A stretch of DNA of 64,000 nucleotides from Octopus vulgaris (taxonomy: Eukaryota), in assembly GCA_951406725.2 (NCBI GenBank), contig OX597829.1, positions 36,332,001-36,396,000 on the forward strand, in the 5' to 3' direction. The notes beneath the pieces are model-generated. The model made no database searches. It was not told the origin of the DNA and saw only the letters and a program-made list of their open reading frames with translations. Numbering within the stretch: position 1 is the stretch's first letter; every line of letters starts with the position of its first letter. The position numbers and the translations under genes were made by a program. Below, piece by piece: positions 1 to 15,246 of the stretch.

Positions 1-416
1 TTTTCGGTTTGAACGGCAGTTTTTTCTAGCGGTGTCATATGAAATTGTCACCCATAATTATGACCCTAGAATCGATCTATTGCATTTCAATCTCTTTTAG
101 GGTTAGGGTTAGGGTTAGGGGTGGGGAGAAGGGCATCTTTTTTCCTTCTCAAATGTAAATAAACCCAATCTGTTTCTTAAACGAGGGACATATTCATACG
201 GCACAGAATGCTTTTTAACTCAATAGACGTCACTGATTGGTTGAACTTGCAGAAATTGAAGAAAAAAACAACAAATATCTTACCAACTATAGAATTTTCT
301 CTATAAAGCCAAGAGAAAAAGATGTTTTATAAACACATTCTACCAGTATACGAAGTTTAAAATTTTTTAATTACCTAGAAATTGTGTTAAAAACTGCCGT
401 TCAAACCGAAAAGATT
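1..416. mobile_element. MITE-like non-autonomous DNA element with ~24-bp terminal inverted repeats and internal (TTAGGG)4
   Basis: ttttcggtttgaacggcagttttt (1-24) is the reverse complement of aaaaactgccgttcaaaccgaaaa (389-412). TTAGGG x4 at 97-120. No ORF. The left end may extend beyond the window. Confidence 0.75.
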
Positions 417-897
417 CGATTTTTCATTTACTACGAAATTCCTGTTCTTTGTGTGAGATAGCGAGATTATGGCTAGTTGGAGTAAGTATTGGCGTGTAAA
501 TGAGAAAGTATCGAATCTTGAACACTCTCTCACATTGCTTGCTATAATACTATATTCTTTACCGTGCTTATCAAGCCTTTTTTTCACGACAATAAAGTAT
601 GATTCGAGTGGTTTTAAATAAAAATGTTAACACTTTGGTGTCTTTACTGAACAAAACGGTGTAATAAGAAGGCCACTTATTTCTTAAACAATCTTTTCTA
701 GATTATTTCCATTTTAAAACTAGAAAATTCACTGTCACTCTCTTGACCAATATGAAATACATTCTCGGTTCGTGTGGGTGTGTGTGCATGCGCGCCGCGT
801 GTCTGAGTGTGTTTGCGTATGTGTGTGGGTGCGCGCGCGCGCGTGTGTGTGTGTGTGTGTGATTGTGTCTGTGCGTGTTTGTGTCTGTGCGTGTGTC

Positions 898-928
<31 letters not shown>

Positions 929-955
929 TTGTATTTGTGCGTGTGTGTTTGTGTG

Positions 956-986
<31 letters not shown>

Positions 987-1638
987 ATGCATGAGTGCAT
1001 GTGTATGTATATGTGTGTATATGTGTGTATGTGTATGTATGAATATATATATGCATGTACGTATCCATGAATGAATGCGAGTTTCGACGTGTATGTGATT
1101 TTTTTCTAAAGTTAAATCTTTAATTTTCATAATTGATATTTTTGTTCAAAATACTTGAATAATTTTGACTTTCTGATCCATCGTATCTTTCTGGAAATTC
1201 TCATCACCCACTATGCACCGAGTTTTTCTCACAGGAATATCTGATTCTTTAATTGTATTTCGCCACTATAAAACAGTTCCAAAATCAACAATTGATCCTC
1301 CGTAGTTTCCTGACATCTGTTTTCAGTTGCTCTTTTTCTTATAATTCTACCATATTTAACGTATTGTTATGATGGACAAGATAAGTGTTTCCTTTATCTA
1401 TTTATTATTTATATTCTTCTGTATTCTTGTATTCTGATATTCTTCTACTTGACTACTTTTTACCCATTTTCCCCGGCACTCGTTCAGCTTTCCATTTTTT
1501 TTTCTTTTACCTCTTTTTTCTCTAATTTTCCATTTTGTGTTTGTTTCATTTCTATTCGATACGCGAAGTATCACACATACATATACACGTATGCGCAGTC
1601 TATCTCTGCATTTCTCTCTTTTCTATAGCCAATCACTT

Positions 1639-1682
<44 letters not shown>

Positions 1683-2628
1683 CTCTTTCTCATTTTCTCT
1701 CATTTTTCCCCATTTCACTATCTCTCTCTATCTCGCTTACACACTCTCTTCCTCGCTCACACTCTCAGCCAATTTACAAAAGCTATTAGCCAGGGGCCCG
1801 TTTCATGCTTTTTGATTACCGCATCATGTGCGTTCCGTTTTATTGCCAAGACCGCAATTTGATTCACCCCAAGGGAATTAGTAGTCTCTTTATATACTGT
1901 CTCATCTGTAGCAGAACAGAATGCTAACTTGACCTTTCGGAGAGTTGCAAATTGTAGAACGTGCGTCTGGAATCTTTCAGTATGTCATTGGAATACGATG
2001 GAACGAAATTCTGAACGTTTTGGGAATTTTGCCATCGATCAAATGAAAGCCTAGTGGGGGTGACGGCGTTGGTGTCTACATTGGTAGTGATGTTAGGTGA
2101 AGTGTTACTGCTAATCGTAGTTGGGGAGATGTGGTAATTGCGATAATGCTGTTGATGATGGTGGGGGACAGTTCATTTCAGCTTCTCATTCGATGTTTTC
2201 GTTGTAGCTCTTCTCCAGAGCTGCTGGTGGTCCCCAAGGAGAGAAAATTACGCGCTTGTTCCTCGTTCGTCCTATCGCAGAGTATATACGCGAAATGGTG
2301 CGTTTCCTACATTCAGATCTATGTTGATAGGCGTCCGCTTATTTAAAAACGTGAAAGAGATATACATAGTGATAAAAAAAGAAATATTAATAATGGAACA
2401 AGAGCAAGCTACGAGAAAATTGCTAAAAGTATAAATAGATACATAAAATAGAAACAACAAATCCCCTTAGACATTCTAAAAAAGAAACACACGTATAGAC
2501 ATAAAGACATAAACATATAAATATGTTTTCTTTCTTTCTTTCTTTCTTTTTTTTTTTTTTGAGAAACATGCATACAAGAGAACATAAGCAAGTACACACG
2601 CCGGTACGCACATATCTGCATATGCGAT

Positions 2629-2694
<66 letters not shown>

Positions 2695-2804
2695 TGCATA
2701 TATTAATAACATAAATACGCAAATACATGCGGTGCTCCAGTGTGGCCACAGCCTTTGGACTGAAACGCATGAAAGTATATTCATGTGAATGTATGTATAT
2801 ATAT

Positions 2805-2997
2805 GTATGTATGTAAGCATGTATGTATGTATGTATGTATGTATGTATGTATGTATGTATGTATGTATGTATGTATGTATGTATGTATGTATGCATGTAT
2901 GTATGTACGTACGTATGTATGTATGTATGTATGTATGTATGTATGTATGTATGTATGTATGTATGTATGTAGGTAGGTATGTATGTATGTGTGTATG

Positions 2998-3031
<34 letters not shown>

Positions 3032-3076
3032 TGTCTATATATATGAGTATTTTTGTGCATGTATTCATGTACAAAC

Positions 3077-3134
<58 letters not shown>

Positions 3135-3240
3135 GTAGGTAGGTAGGTAGGTAGGTAGGTAGGTAGGTAGGTAGGTAGGTTGGTAAGTAGGTAGAGAGGT
3201 AGGGAGGGAGGGGGGGGAGAAAGGGAGGGAGGGAGGGAGG
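2805..3240. repeat. Compound microsatellite (TATG)n-(GATA)n-(GGTA)n-(GGGA)n
   Basis: Directly visible tandem tetranucleotide arrays. Confidence 0.95.
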
Positions 3241-3653
3241 GTGATTATTCTTTAGTCTTCTCAGCGTTTAAAACAGGCATGGAATTTTATTGATAAATAT
3301 GAAGATTAAAATTAAGTTATCATATCATGTCTTAATAGGAATAATGAATAAACACATTTATGATAACGTTACGAAATGTGTACACATAAATACATAGATA
3401 TATGGATAGATTAATAGATTAACTGATTGATAGATGTACATATACACACCATTTTTATACATGCACAATTTGTGTGTATGTGTAAGGACATGCATACATA
3501 CATACATATATATATATATGTGTGTGTGTATGTATGCATGTATTTATGTATATATATATATATGCATGTATGTGTGTATATATATGTATGTTTCTATATG
3601 TATATATACATATACATATGTATATATACATATACATGTTATATATATATATG

Positions 3654-3687
<34 letters not shown>

Positions 3688-3768
3688 AGTGAGAGAGAGT
3701 GTGTGTGTGTGTGGGGGGTGTATATATGGATATATAAACAGCTAGGGGGGGGGAGACAGAAACGGGGA

Positions 3769-3814
<46 letters not shown>

Positions 3815-3906
3815 ATTTGATTTGCAAACAAACAGGTAAGTAAACATATAAAGACATACAAAGATATCATACGCACATACATACATTCTTATATGTATGC
3901 ATGTCA

Positions 3907-4737
3907 TTGTTTGGTTTTATTTCATGATTTCTGGGCAATAGAGAAAGTGTCGGTTTTCAACCTAGATTAAAGGCTACTTCATTGAAATTTCAACATCAAC
4001 AACAGGGTATTTTTTTTATGCATGTATGTATGTATGTATGTATGTATGTATGTATGTATGTATATGTGTATGTATGTGTGTGTATGTATGCATGTATGTA
4101 TGTGTGTATGTATGTATGTATGTATGTATGTATGTATGTATGTATGTATGTATGTATGTATGTATGTATGTATGTATGTATGTATGTATGTATGTATGTA
4201 TGTTTGTATGTATGTATGTATGTATGTATGTGTGTATGTATGTATGTATGTATGTTTTTGTATGTATGTATGTATGTATGTATGTATGTGTGTATGTATG
4301 TGTGTATGTATGTATGTGTGTATGTATGTATGTATGTATGTATTTATGTATGTATGTATGTATGTATGTATGTATTTATGTATGTATGTAATGTATGTAT
4401 GTATGTATGTATGTATGTATGTATGTATGTATGTATGTATGTATGTATGTATGTATGTATGTATGTATGTATGTATGAATGTATGTATGTATGTATGTAT
4501 GCATGTATGTATACACGTATGTCAGTGTGCAGATATGTATGTTTTGCTTTATGTATGTATTCTCATGCATATAATTACATATTTAGACATGCTCATATAT
4601 ACTTAAATGATAAACTTCTGGAAAGTTTTACAGATTTTTGCTTTTCCAGTAATGGATTAGATCTGTAGTCTTCGAATTAGCTGTCTCCTTTCTGGTTTTG
4701 AGAAGCCTAATTTCTCAGGATTGGTATTTAGGCAGTA
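3907..4737 (-). mobile_element. 3' end of an RLE-type (R4/Dong-like) non-LTR retrotransposon with (CATA)n inside its 3' region
   Basis: Minus strand 4735-4606 reads CLNTNPEKLGFSKPERRQLIRRLQI*SITGKAKICKTFQKFII*. It is followed by a short UTR, (CATA)n, and a 110-bp segment (3907-4017) homologous to 24803-24900, which abuts the zinc-knuckle LINE fragment. Confidence 0.55.
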
Positions 4738-4754
4738 TGTACGTATGCATGTAC

Positions 4755-4785
<31 letters not shown>

Positions 4786-4903
4786 TGTATGTATGTATGT
4801 ATGTATGTATGTATGTATGTATGTATGTATGTATGTATGTATGTATGTATGTATGTATGTATGTATGTATGTATGTGTGTAAGTATTTATATGTATGTAT
4901 GTA

Positions 4904-4973
<70 letters not shown>

Positions 4974-5789
4974 CATGTGCGAATGTTCTTAAATTACATA
5001 TAACTACGTATGTCTTCATTCTTTTGCATTTTGCATTTCAAGACAGGTTTCTAACTCAGAAATCAAACCTGTTTACTAGAATTTAGACCAGAGAAACTCT
5101 CTTCTACTTATAGTCTGAAACATACAGACAATAGATTTAGATTACTTATTTCTTGTGGGCATATAACTGTAGATTTCGAAGCAATTGTCTCTAACTTTTT
5201 TTATTTTACACTATTTTTTAATGAAATGTTAAATTCCTCTACGTAATTGATTACCATAACTCTACTTAGCCAACGTTTTCCGTCCCCAGTAATTCTATTC
5301 TGAGTGTATTATCTGATTTTAATGGAATTTTAGACAAAGATATTTGTTGCCGGAATATATGAAGAGATATACTGAAAAGCACAGCATAATTATAATTATT
5401 CTCTTTATCCAAGCTCTAATGCTTTATGGATATAGCATTGTCGATTGTTCCAGGAAAATCATCATACCTCATAGAAAAGTACTAGTATTTTAGGAAGTGC
5501 CTGATTATATAGTAACATAATCAAGATTGTTGACTACGTGTAAGGAGCAAATGGATTTCACTTAATTTTACTGTTTCCCAAGCGTCTTGTATTTGAAGTT
5601 GTTATTTGCTAGTAACATTTTTTTTTTTATCTAAAAACCCGCAGCTTTCGAAACACCATTCAGACATTGACTACTAAAGCATCTGCAATAATTACTGGTA
5701 TATATGTGAATTCTAGATGAGATAACTCTAGTATAAATGGGATCTGCAAATAATCCCTTTCATATTGTTTTCCAAAAAAATTATTCATC

Positions 5790-6190
5790 AGGAGTGGCTG
5801 TGTGGTAAGTAGCTTGCCTACCAACCACATGGTTCTGGGTTCAGTCCCAGTGCGTGGCATCTTGGGCAAGTGTCTTCTGCTATAGCCCCGGGCCGACCAA
5901 TGCCTTGTGAGTGGAATTGGTAGACGGAAACTGAAAGAAGCCTGTCGTATATATGTATATATATATGCGTGTGTGTGTTTGTGTGAGTGTGTTTGTCCCC
6001 CTAGCATTGCTTGACAACCGATGCTGGTGTGTTTACGTCCCCGTCACTTAGCGGTTCGGCAAAAGAGACCGATAGAATAAGTACTGGGCTTACAAAAGAA
6101 TAAGTCCCGGCGTCGATTTGCTCGACAAAAGGCGGTGCTCCAGCATGGCCACAGTCAAATGACTGAAACAAGTAAAAGAGTAAAAGAGTA
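5790..6190 (+). mobile_element. tRNA-derived SINE, family A
   Basis: Head with A box (gtggctgtgtggtaag) and B box (gggttcagtccc), CORE-like ttgggcaagtgtcttc, tail ...gactgaaacaagtaaaagag. Near-identical copies at 37414, 37844, 44942 and 46767. Confidence 0.9.
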
Positions 6191-6455
6191 ACTGCAGAGC
6201 ATAATTTTCTATTGTATCTAAAAAATCTACATCAAACTATTACGTTGAACTTGATAAAAGATTCGATGGGAATGGTCCAATAATATTCATTATGTTGAAA
6301 TACATATATGTATTCCTGGGTTCAGTAGTAGTTCCCTATCGTTATCAAGAGCAGGCATCATAACATACTAAAAGTCACCGCCTTAATGTAATTTTTAGGG
6401 CCAGTACTGATCACGTATCTTATATTTTCCCTAGAAATGCGATATAATCAATATA

Positions 6456-6673
6456 TATTTCTTTACTGCCCACAAGAGGCTAAACATAGAGCGGATAGAT
6501 AAGGACAAACGGATAAAGTCGATTACATCGATCCCAGTGCGAAACTGGTACTTTATTTATCGACCCCGAAAGGATGAAAGGTAAAGTCGACCTCGGCGGA
6601 ATTTGAACTCAGACCGTAACGACAGACGAAATACGGCTACGCATTTCGCCCGGCGTGCTAACGTTTCTGCCAG
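6456..6673 (-). mobile_element. tRNA-derived SINE, family B
   Basis: Reverse complement matches 53869-54097 (ctggcagaaacgttagcacgccgggcgaaatgc...gagttcaaattccgccgaggtcgac). Confidence 0.85.
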
Positions 6674-7043
6674 TCCGGGTTTGTATGTGTGCCTGTGTAC
6701 GTCTGTGTGTGTGAGTATGTGTATCTGTATGTGTGTGTGTGCGTTTGTGTGTGTATGTGTGTAAGTGCGCACGCGCATGTATCTATATGCGTGTTTCTTC
6801 GGGTCATTTCAACATGTTGAACCGTTAATCTCTACACATTCTTTTTTTCTCTCTCCGGTTTTTTTTTTCTTTATCCGTTCCCTCTCCATTTTCTCCCACT
6901 CAATCCTTTCTGTCGAAGAGCATAGGCTAGAAACGTTACAAACTTTTCCATTCTTCCCGAGCGTCAAACACCTGCTTGTTTTTCCCCCTCACCGATCTTT
7001 GTTTTGTTTTTCTGTAAATCTGAACTATATGTGTATGTGTATG

Positions 7044-7142
<99 letters not shown>

Positions 7143-7147
7143 ATAGG

Positions 7148-7539
7148 TTGATTGATTGAAGCACTCCGTCGGTTACGACGACGAGGGTTCCGGTTGATCC
7201 GAATCAACAGAACAGCCTGCTCGTGAAATTAACGTGTAAGTGGCCGAGCACTCCACAGACACGCGTACCCTTAACGTAGTTCTCGGGGATATTCAGCGTG
7301 ACACAGAGAGTGACAAGGCCGGCCCTTTGTAATACAGGTACAACAGAAACAGGAAGTAAGAGTGAGAGAAAGTTGTGGTGAAAGAGTACAGCAGGGATCA
7401 CCACCATCCCCTGCCGGAGCCTCGTGGAGCTTTAGGTGTTTTCGCTCAATAAACACTCACAACGCCCGGTCTGGGAATCGAAACCGCGATCCTATGACCG
7501 CGAGTCCGCTGCCCTAACCACTGGGCCATTGCGCCTCCG
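7148..7539 (-). mobile_element. tRNA-derived SINE, family C
   Basis: Minus strand begins ggaggcgcaatggcccagtggttagggcagcggactcgcggtcataggatcgcggtttcgattccc (A and B boxes), then a ~300-bp body and a (tcaa)n tail. Confidence 0.8.
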
Positions 7540-8228
7540 TATGTATAGGTATACACACACACACACACATACGCAAACATGCTTTCTCATAGTGCCTGTA
7601 TCTGAAACCTGGTCACTTGCTAACGACTTGCTTTACCTTAAATTCGAGCTTTCAGAAAGATAATTCAGCTCGCCAATGGTATGTCGTTCTCATGCGAAAT
7701 ATTTTAAAACAGCATTTAGAAACTAAATGCTGCTTAAACCAAAAGTATGGTTAAGGACAAACACAGTAGTTACGGTACTTCATGGAACATTTAAAGCTGA
7801 CGGGAAAATTTCGAAGTTAGTCCCTTTGCAATATTACCGCGTATTTAGCTTTCAGAGCAAAATTAAATTATGCAGATTTGATGACATTTCAAAATAAGCT
7901 AGTTTTTAGACTTCAACAAGGAAACATATTTTAGACTTGATTATAGCAAAAGTTGGACAGGCTAAGTATTTGCACTTATGTGAAAATAGCTTCTCTTTAT
8001 TCAATTGGTTAAATGATGTAGACAATAAATAAGGCTGAAAATTTCATAACAAAATCTTTTTCGTTCCATTTCCAATTTTTTTCTCCTTAATGTTCTTGAA
8101 CGTTGTTAGAAATTAATTTACCTAACATACACACACACGTGTGTGCGCGCGCACATACACTCATACAATCTTATAGCCGTGTATATATATATATATATGT
8201 ATACACATGCATATATATATGTATATGT

Positions 8229-8304
<76 letters not shown>

Positions 8305-9964
8305 TTATATATATGTGTGTGTATATGTGTGTGTGTGTATAGTATTGACTTAAGTGCCTTTAATATATTTGGTAGAATTTTATAGTTGCATAGCGAAATG
8401 CAGTGTACCTATATATATATATATACATAAAATTTTGTGTCAGTATATATGTCCATCTGTTTATCTCTTACAATCGCTTTTATTTTACGACGTGTATACG
8501 CAAATGCCGTGTTGGATTTGCTCTATTTTGTACATTTTTTTTAACGTGTATTAACTGAGGAACGGTAGTTGCTATCGTTACCATACGGCCATCCAAACTG
8601 CTGAGATTTAAGAGGACGTAGCTCAGTCTCCTCATCCGTAAACAAATATCCAAAGAAACTAATGATGATGAATATGGATACCCGGTTGGAAATGTCAGTA
8701 ACGAAAACGCTAACGATTCGAATCCTTTCCTTTCGTACAATCATCGGCGCCAAAGCTGACACTTTCTTATCTCTCTCTCACTTTTCTCTCTTTCTCTCAC
8801 TTTCTCTCTCACTCTTTCTTTCGTTCTTTCTCTCCCTCTCTTTCCTCTTTGACGAATGACAAATTTCAACTTATGAAATATACTCTCCCATATACTGGTG
8901 ATTACCTGTTTCCTCTAGATTTGATTCCAGATTTGTTACCCTACAAAAAACACCCAAGGAACAGGTAGTGTTAGACAGAGGAGATTGTAGGCCAGTTATC
9001 TAATATTGAGTTTCAGGAAGAGTTTTAGTATAGCCATAATTGTGCCACTACTTTCACAACTTTCTGGCAATTATAATTTAGACTGTATTAGATTGCTATA
9101 ATAATCAAAGTTGGCAATTAAATTTTCTGGCATTATCGTCCTTTGTGTTATAGAAATATGCTTTTACATTAGGGTCTCACAATTCCATAAAGGTCAGAAA
9201 TGTTATCGGGATTTAGGGCTCATGACTGAAGGTCAACATTAAATTAAGGCAATAAGAAAGCACAGGCAATCAACAAACCTAGTCACCTCTTCCTCCATTC
9301 ACACAAACGTGCACACTTGCATGTAAACTATAACATCTACTGAATAACAGTCATATGGGGCTTCGTATATTACGGCAACGATGATATTCGATATGTTAAT
9401 TATATTGTTATATTATAGAAACAAGCTTTGTCTTTTGTCTTTCTCATTCATTGTTTGTTCCAGGAAAATCACAGTTCTTTGTCTTTCGATTTCATACTAT
9501 TCATATAGCCTCTTTATCAGTCAGTCTTAAATCGACCAAGGTTCACTAAGCTAAACACAGTATATACACGTAACTTGAAACCAATAGCATGCTTATAATT
9601 CCACGGCCATTTCTACTTATATCAACAGGTCATACATACGTTTGCATTTTGCATAAAATTTTCAAATCACAATTAAAATACTCTAACCACTCTTCCGACT
9701 AATAACCTCAACATACATTATTTAATAATTTCAAGACGAGAACTGGTTCTATATTTGCTGACCAAACACATTTTACTTGACCCATATACTTATTGTTTCA
9801 TATCATTATGACTTGATTAATTCCAGAAGCTTTCAGGTTATTTTTGTTTCCTTATTGCTCATCTGGCCCCCAAAGAAAATACTAAAGTTACAGAAAAATA
9901 GATTCCCCACCAACCAAGATAATAATTCTGTAGAATATGTAGTAACACAAATAAAGAACAATTA

Positions 9965-11320
9965 AGTTAGAGGTAACAATAAGTCTTCTATTCCTCCTTT
10001 ATTCAACGGACCTGAGGTCATGACAACATCTAATGATAAAGCAGAGCTCTTTGCTCAACTGTTTAGTTCTTACTCTATTCTCGATGACTCTGGTCATCCA
10101 CTTCCTGATGTTTTTCTCAAAACTGATAAACTGTTAGGCAGTTGTCATATTACTTCTGCTAAGGTTGCGGCCATTGTGACATGGTTGGATCCATGTAAAG
10201 CAACTGGACCTGATGGTATTCCAGTCGTTGTCCCTCAGAAGTGCTCTCCTGAGTTGTCTTCTGTCTCATCTAGGTTCTTCCGAAAGTGTATATCAGAATT
10301 TTATTTTCCTTCTTTATGGATATTCCGTACTGTTGTTCCTGTCTTTAAGAACTGTGGTGATCGATCTAATCCTCGTAATTATAGACCAATTAGTCTACTA
10401 CCAATCATCAGTAATGTTTTTGAGTACCTGATTAATGACTCTCTTGTGAAATATCTTGACTCAAATCGTTTATTATCCGACTCTCAATATGGTTTCCGTG
10501 CTGGACAGTCTACTGCTGATCTTCTCACTGTTATATCCAAGCGTGTTTATCGTGCCTTGAATATATCTGGTCAAGCTAGGGCAGTTGCTATTGATATCTC
10601 TAAGGCATTTGATAGGATTTGGCACGCTGGACTTCTATGGACGCTCCAATCCTTTGGTGTCAGGTTTCATGCTGAACATCATCTCTTCTTTCGTTTATGA
10701 CCGTAGAATCAAGGTTTTTCTTGATGGTCAATCTTCATCTAGTCACTCTATTAATGCTGGGGTTCCTCGAGGATCTGTCCTGGGCCCAACATTCTTCTTT
10801 TTTTCAATGATCTGCCTGATCATATCATCTGTCAGTTAGTAATCTATGCTGATAACTCTACTTTGTACTCTTGTTTGGAAAAATCTGAAGACTTGTCTGA
10901 TGAGGTTGAGATGGCTGCTAAACTTGAGAATGATCTTCGATCTATTGTTGAGTGGAGTAGGAAATGACTTGTAACGTTCAAATCCATCGAAAACTAAACA
11001 TCTTTCAATTAATCGCTTCAGAACATCCTTTCTTGCAATCGGTTTCGCCGGATGGGATTGACTTAACTGAGAGTCGTTCTCTCCGTTTCTTAGGAGCGAC
11101 TTTCAGTAATGATTTTTCTTGGAGGACTTACAATGAATCTATTGCCAAATCGGCTCCAATGAAGGTAGGCTCACGCCTTCGTTTGAGGAGTTATCTCACT
11201 CCTGAAACTATTATTTATCTTTAGAAGTCCACCACTCGCCCCTGCAATGTTATTGGCACTGATCTATCTTCTAAACTGGATTCACTGTCTTATCGTCGTC
11301 GTAAATTCCCGTGTACATAT
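9965..11320 (+). mobile_element. Decayed CR1/Jockey-group LINE reverse transcriptase fragment
   Basis: ORF 10020-10700 contains KATGPDGIP, NYRPISLLPIISNVFE, QYGFRAGQSTADLL and DISKAFDRIWH. It continues through frameshifts with GVPRGSVLGP and IYADN. Confidence 0.92.
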
Positions 11321-11345
11321 GCTTGTGTCAGCATATGTGACACAT

Positions 11346-11566
<221 letters not shown>

Positions 11567-11981
11567 AGAGAAATAGTCAGAGAGAGAGAGAGAGAGAGAA
11601 AGAAAGAGAGACGTTGCATGTGCGTTTTTTGTATATGTGCCTCTGTATTCTGTATTATTATTATGTGATTGTGAAATTGTTAAGATTGGTTGCATTGTTT
11701 CCTATACATGTGCACAGAAACAACTGAAAAATTGGAATCAAAGTACATACAACTGAAATTTTAAAAATATATTTACCTAAACGTTGCGTTTCGAAACGTT
11801 ATTCTCAAGCTGAAAATGCTGTGTACATGAATGCGTGTATACACACACACACACATACACACACACACGCACACACATACACACACACATACACACACAC
11901 ACACATACACACACACACACACATACACACACACACACACACATTCACACACACACACACACATACACACACACACACATT

Positions 11982-12019
<38 letters not shown>

Positions 12020-12114
12020 CGTATGTACGTATGTATGTATGTATGTATACATACATATATACACACATACACACACACACACATATATATATAGAAGCTC
12101 CTTCTATAAAATAA

Positions 12115-12162
<48 letters not shown>

Positions 12163-12384
12163 TAAAAGAAAAATATAGAAAATTATACAAATTTATCTCT
12201 TTTCATCATTGCAACAACGACAACAGAAACTGATAGAGTAGAGATTTAAGTCTTTATAGTATCTTTTCCCAACACTTAAATGATTGATAGAAATGAGATG
12301 TTTGTTAACTTTTAAAAAATATATTTATAATTGTCAATCGAGTCTTACATGAAGCATAATAGAATAATAAAACTGCATAACAAC

Positions 12385-12458
12385 AATGACGATGACGATG
12401 AGGATAATAATTATGATGGTGGTGATGATGATGGTGGTGGTGGTGGTGGTGGTGGTGG

Positions 12459-12489
<31 letters not shown>

Positions 12490-12512
12490 GGTGGTGGTGG
12501 TGGTGGTGGTGG

Positions 12513-12555
<43 letters not shown>

Positions 12556-12729
12556 AATGATGATGATGATGGTGATGATGATGATGGTGGATGATGATGA
12601 TGATGATGATGATGTGATGATGATGATGGTGATGATGGTGGTGGTGGTGGTGGTGGTGGTGACGATGATGATGACGATGATGACGATGATGATGACGATG
12701 ATGATGACGACGATGATGACGACGACGAC

Positions 12730-12785
<56 letters not shown>

Positions 12786-12789
12786 CGAC

Positions 12790-12847
<58 letters not shown>
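12385..12847. repeat. (GAT)n/(GGT)n/(GAC)n trinucleotide array
   Basis: Directly visible. Source of the spurious poly-M/D/S/P ORFs. Confidence 0.95.
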
Positions 12848-12991
12848 GCAACAACATTCTATTTCATTATTTTGTTCGTTGCTTAAAATTTTCTTTTGTG
12901 TCCATACATGTACAGTTTATGTACAAAATTGTCGGAAACAAAGAACTGCAAAGAATACTTAAGTCATGACTTAAGTAACTTCCGAAATGCT

Positions 12992-13038
<47 letters not shown>

Positions 13039-13373
13039 TGCCCATGTACAGGAATATTTTGGAAGCTACTGGAAGCTTCTTTGCGATGCAAACTCAGAGA
13101 AACACACACACACATATGTATATACATATATGTGTGTGTGTGTGCATGTATGTATGTTTATGTATATATGTGCATGAATGTATATATGTATGTATGTATA
13201 TATGTATGTATGCATGTATGTATGTATGTATGTATGTATGTATGTATGTATGTATGTATGTATGTATGTATGTATGTATGTATGTATGTATATGTATATG
13301 TATATATATATAACGGGAAGCTTTATGAAAATAGACAAAAGACGAAGGCAGGTGGAAAACAAACAAACAATTG

Positions 13374-13410
<37 letters not shown>

Positions 13411-13466
13411 ATGTGTGTATATATGTATGTATACATACATACATACATACATACATACGTACATAC

Positions 13467-13523
<57 letters not shown>

Positions 13524-14645
13524 ATTTGCAATTCTTTAAAATGAACGGGAATTAAAATTTTACTGTAAACAACATTAACATCACTTTGAAATTCTGGAAT
13601 TTACCTGCATATCAAGTGTTTAAGGTCGGAAATAATTAAATCTCGGATTTATTATTGTGTCAGCTGAGTTTGTCATGGAATTGTTAAAGCGTGTTTACAG
13701 ATTCCAGATTCGTAATTTACTGACGTTTCTACTAAAGTCTTGATAGGAACTTCTCTAGTGCGGCATTTTAAAGTTGCTTTTATACTGATGATGCTGATAT
13801 ATTTATATGTTTTAATATACATTTCTAAAGTGGCACATTTTATTCCTTATATTTGTTTATTATATTTTATTTTATGTGTATAGAATTTTTTATTTTCTTT
13901 TTTTTTGGGGGGGGGGGGCAGCATTTCAGGTCGGGGAGTTCTCTCCAGTATCTATATATTAAGGGGCTTGCTAGATAAGCAAGTTTTTATATGAGCTGCC
14001 CAACAGAGGCATTATAAGTTTTGCCTTTCCCTATGCAAAGTAAAAGAAAAAGAACAAGCTTAACCCAGATTTAGATATTCCAAGAAGGATCAGTCGAATA
14101 GATTTCGATCATTTCGTTCGGGTCCCTTTAGAGACTAGATTTTCGTTTTAACCGACGACAAAACCCTGGTTTATAAAGTCACTATTAATAAGAACATCAG
14201 ATAATCGGATGAACTGATTTGCATAAATTAGCGTGTACTTGTTCGGCTGAAAACGGCCCGGGAGATTCCTCTTTTTCTGTCTACGAAGATATTGTATAAC
14301 ATGACAAATTGTTTACATCTGTTCAATATACATAAAAAAATCTATAAATTTATTCTTCAGGAAATTGTAGCATCCTAACGGAATAGTGTTAAAGTAACCA
14401 GCAATATATATTCGAAGTAGCTGCCACGAATTCGTTAAATACTTTATCTGACTCTCTAAAGCAGTTAAGAATGGGCATATTAAATACAATGTTTCCCCGA
14501 TCAGTTAAAGCGGATTGTCACTTGTTGATAATATTCCAATACTAAAAGAACTGAAACTGATTCCACTGATCCCTATTTTTCCATCCACAAAATTATTGTT
14601 TCCGCATGTCATATACAAACACACACTCATATATTTATACGTATA

Positions 14646-14682
<37 letters not shown>

Positions 14683-15213
14683 CCCTCTGCTTCTGTTACT
14701 CACACGTGATTACAGGCCATTTCTTTATTTCTTTTGCCCCTGCCTTTTCTGGACTAGACGTTCCTCAGTTTGGACGTCATTTTTCTCGGCTCCCGACATT
14801 TTTCTTCTAATATTTTCTTCTCTTCTAATTATTATATTTCTGTGAAAAAATTTCTCGCAGGTGTTACTTATTACAATTCTTCTTGGCCTAACGGCCCTTA
14901 ATGTTTGTCTTCGTCAATTGTTTTCTCTGTACGTCCACTCCGCATTGTTTGTTCGTTCGAAGCTCTAACTCGCCATTAATTTTATATATTTAAAATTTCT
15001 GGATGCTGCTGCCTTATGAAGTTTCCCTATATTGTCGCCAAAAGCCCGAAATAGGAGCAATAAACAGTCCGTCAACTGATCAGGGGTTATCTTCTTTTGG
15101 TATTTTGTCCTGTATTTTTCACTCGTTGGTGATGTCCCGTACACAATGTGTATTTTTCATTTAATATATATATATATACCAGAGCAAGCACACACACACA
15201 CACACACACACAT

Positions 15214-15246
<33 letters not shown>

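Noticed and set aside
97-120. (TTAGGG)4 as a chromosome end
   Set aside because: Only four units, enclosed by the TIRs of a MITE.
7465-7539. tRNA-like sequence (also the heads at 5790, 18177 and 53869)
   Set aside because: No closed acceptor stem, and each continues into a multi-copy or SINE-like body. These are SINE heads, not tRNA genes.
8540-8760. Non-repetitive stretch with short open frames as a candidate Phox2 first exon
   Set aside because: No similarity to the Phox2 N-terminus (MEYSYLN-like) and no suitable phase-1 donor.
12956-12977. 22-bp perfect palindrome tacttaagtcatgacttaagta
   Set aside because: Too short and isolated to assign any function.
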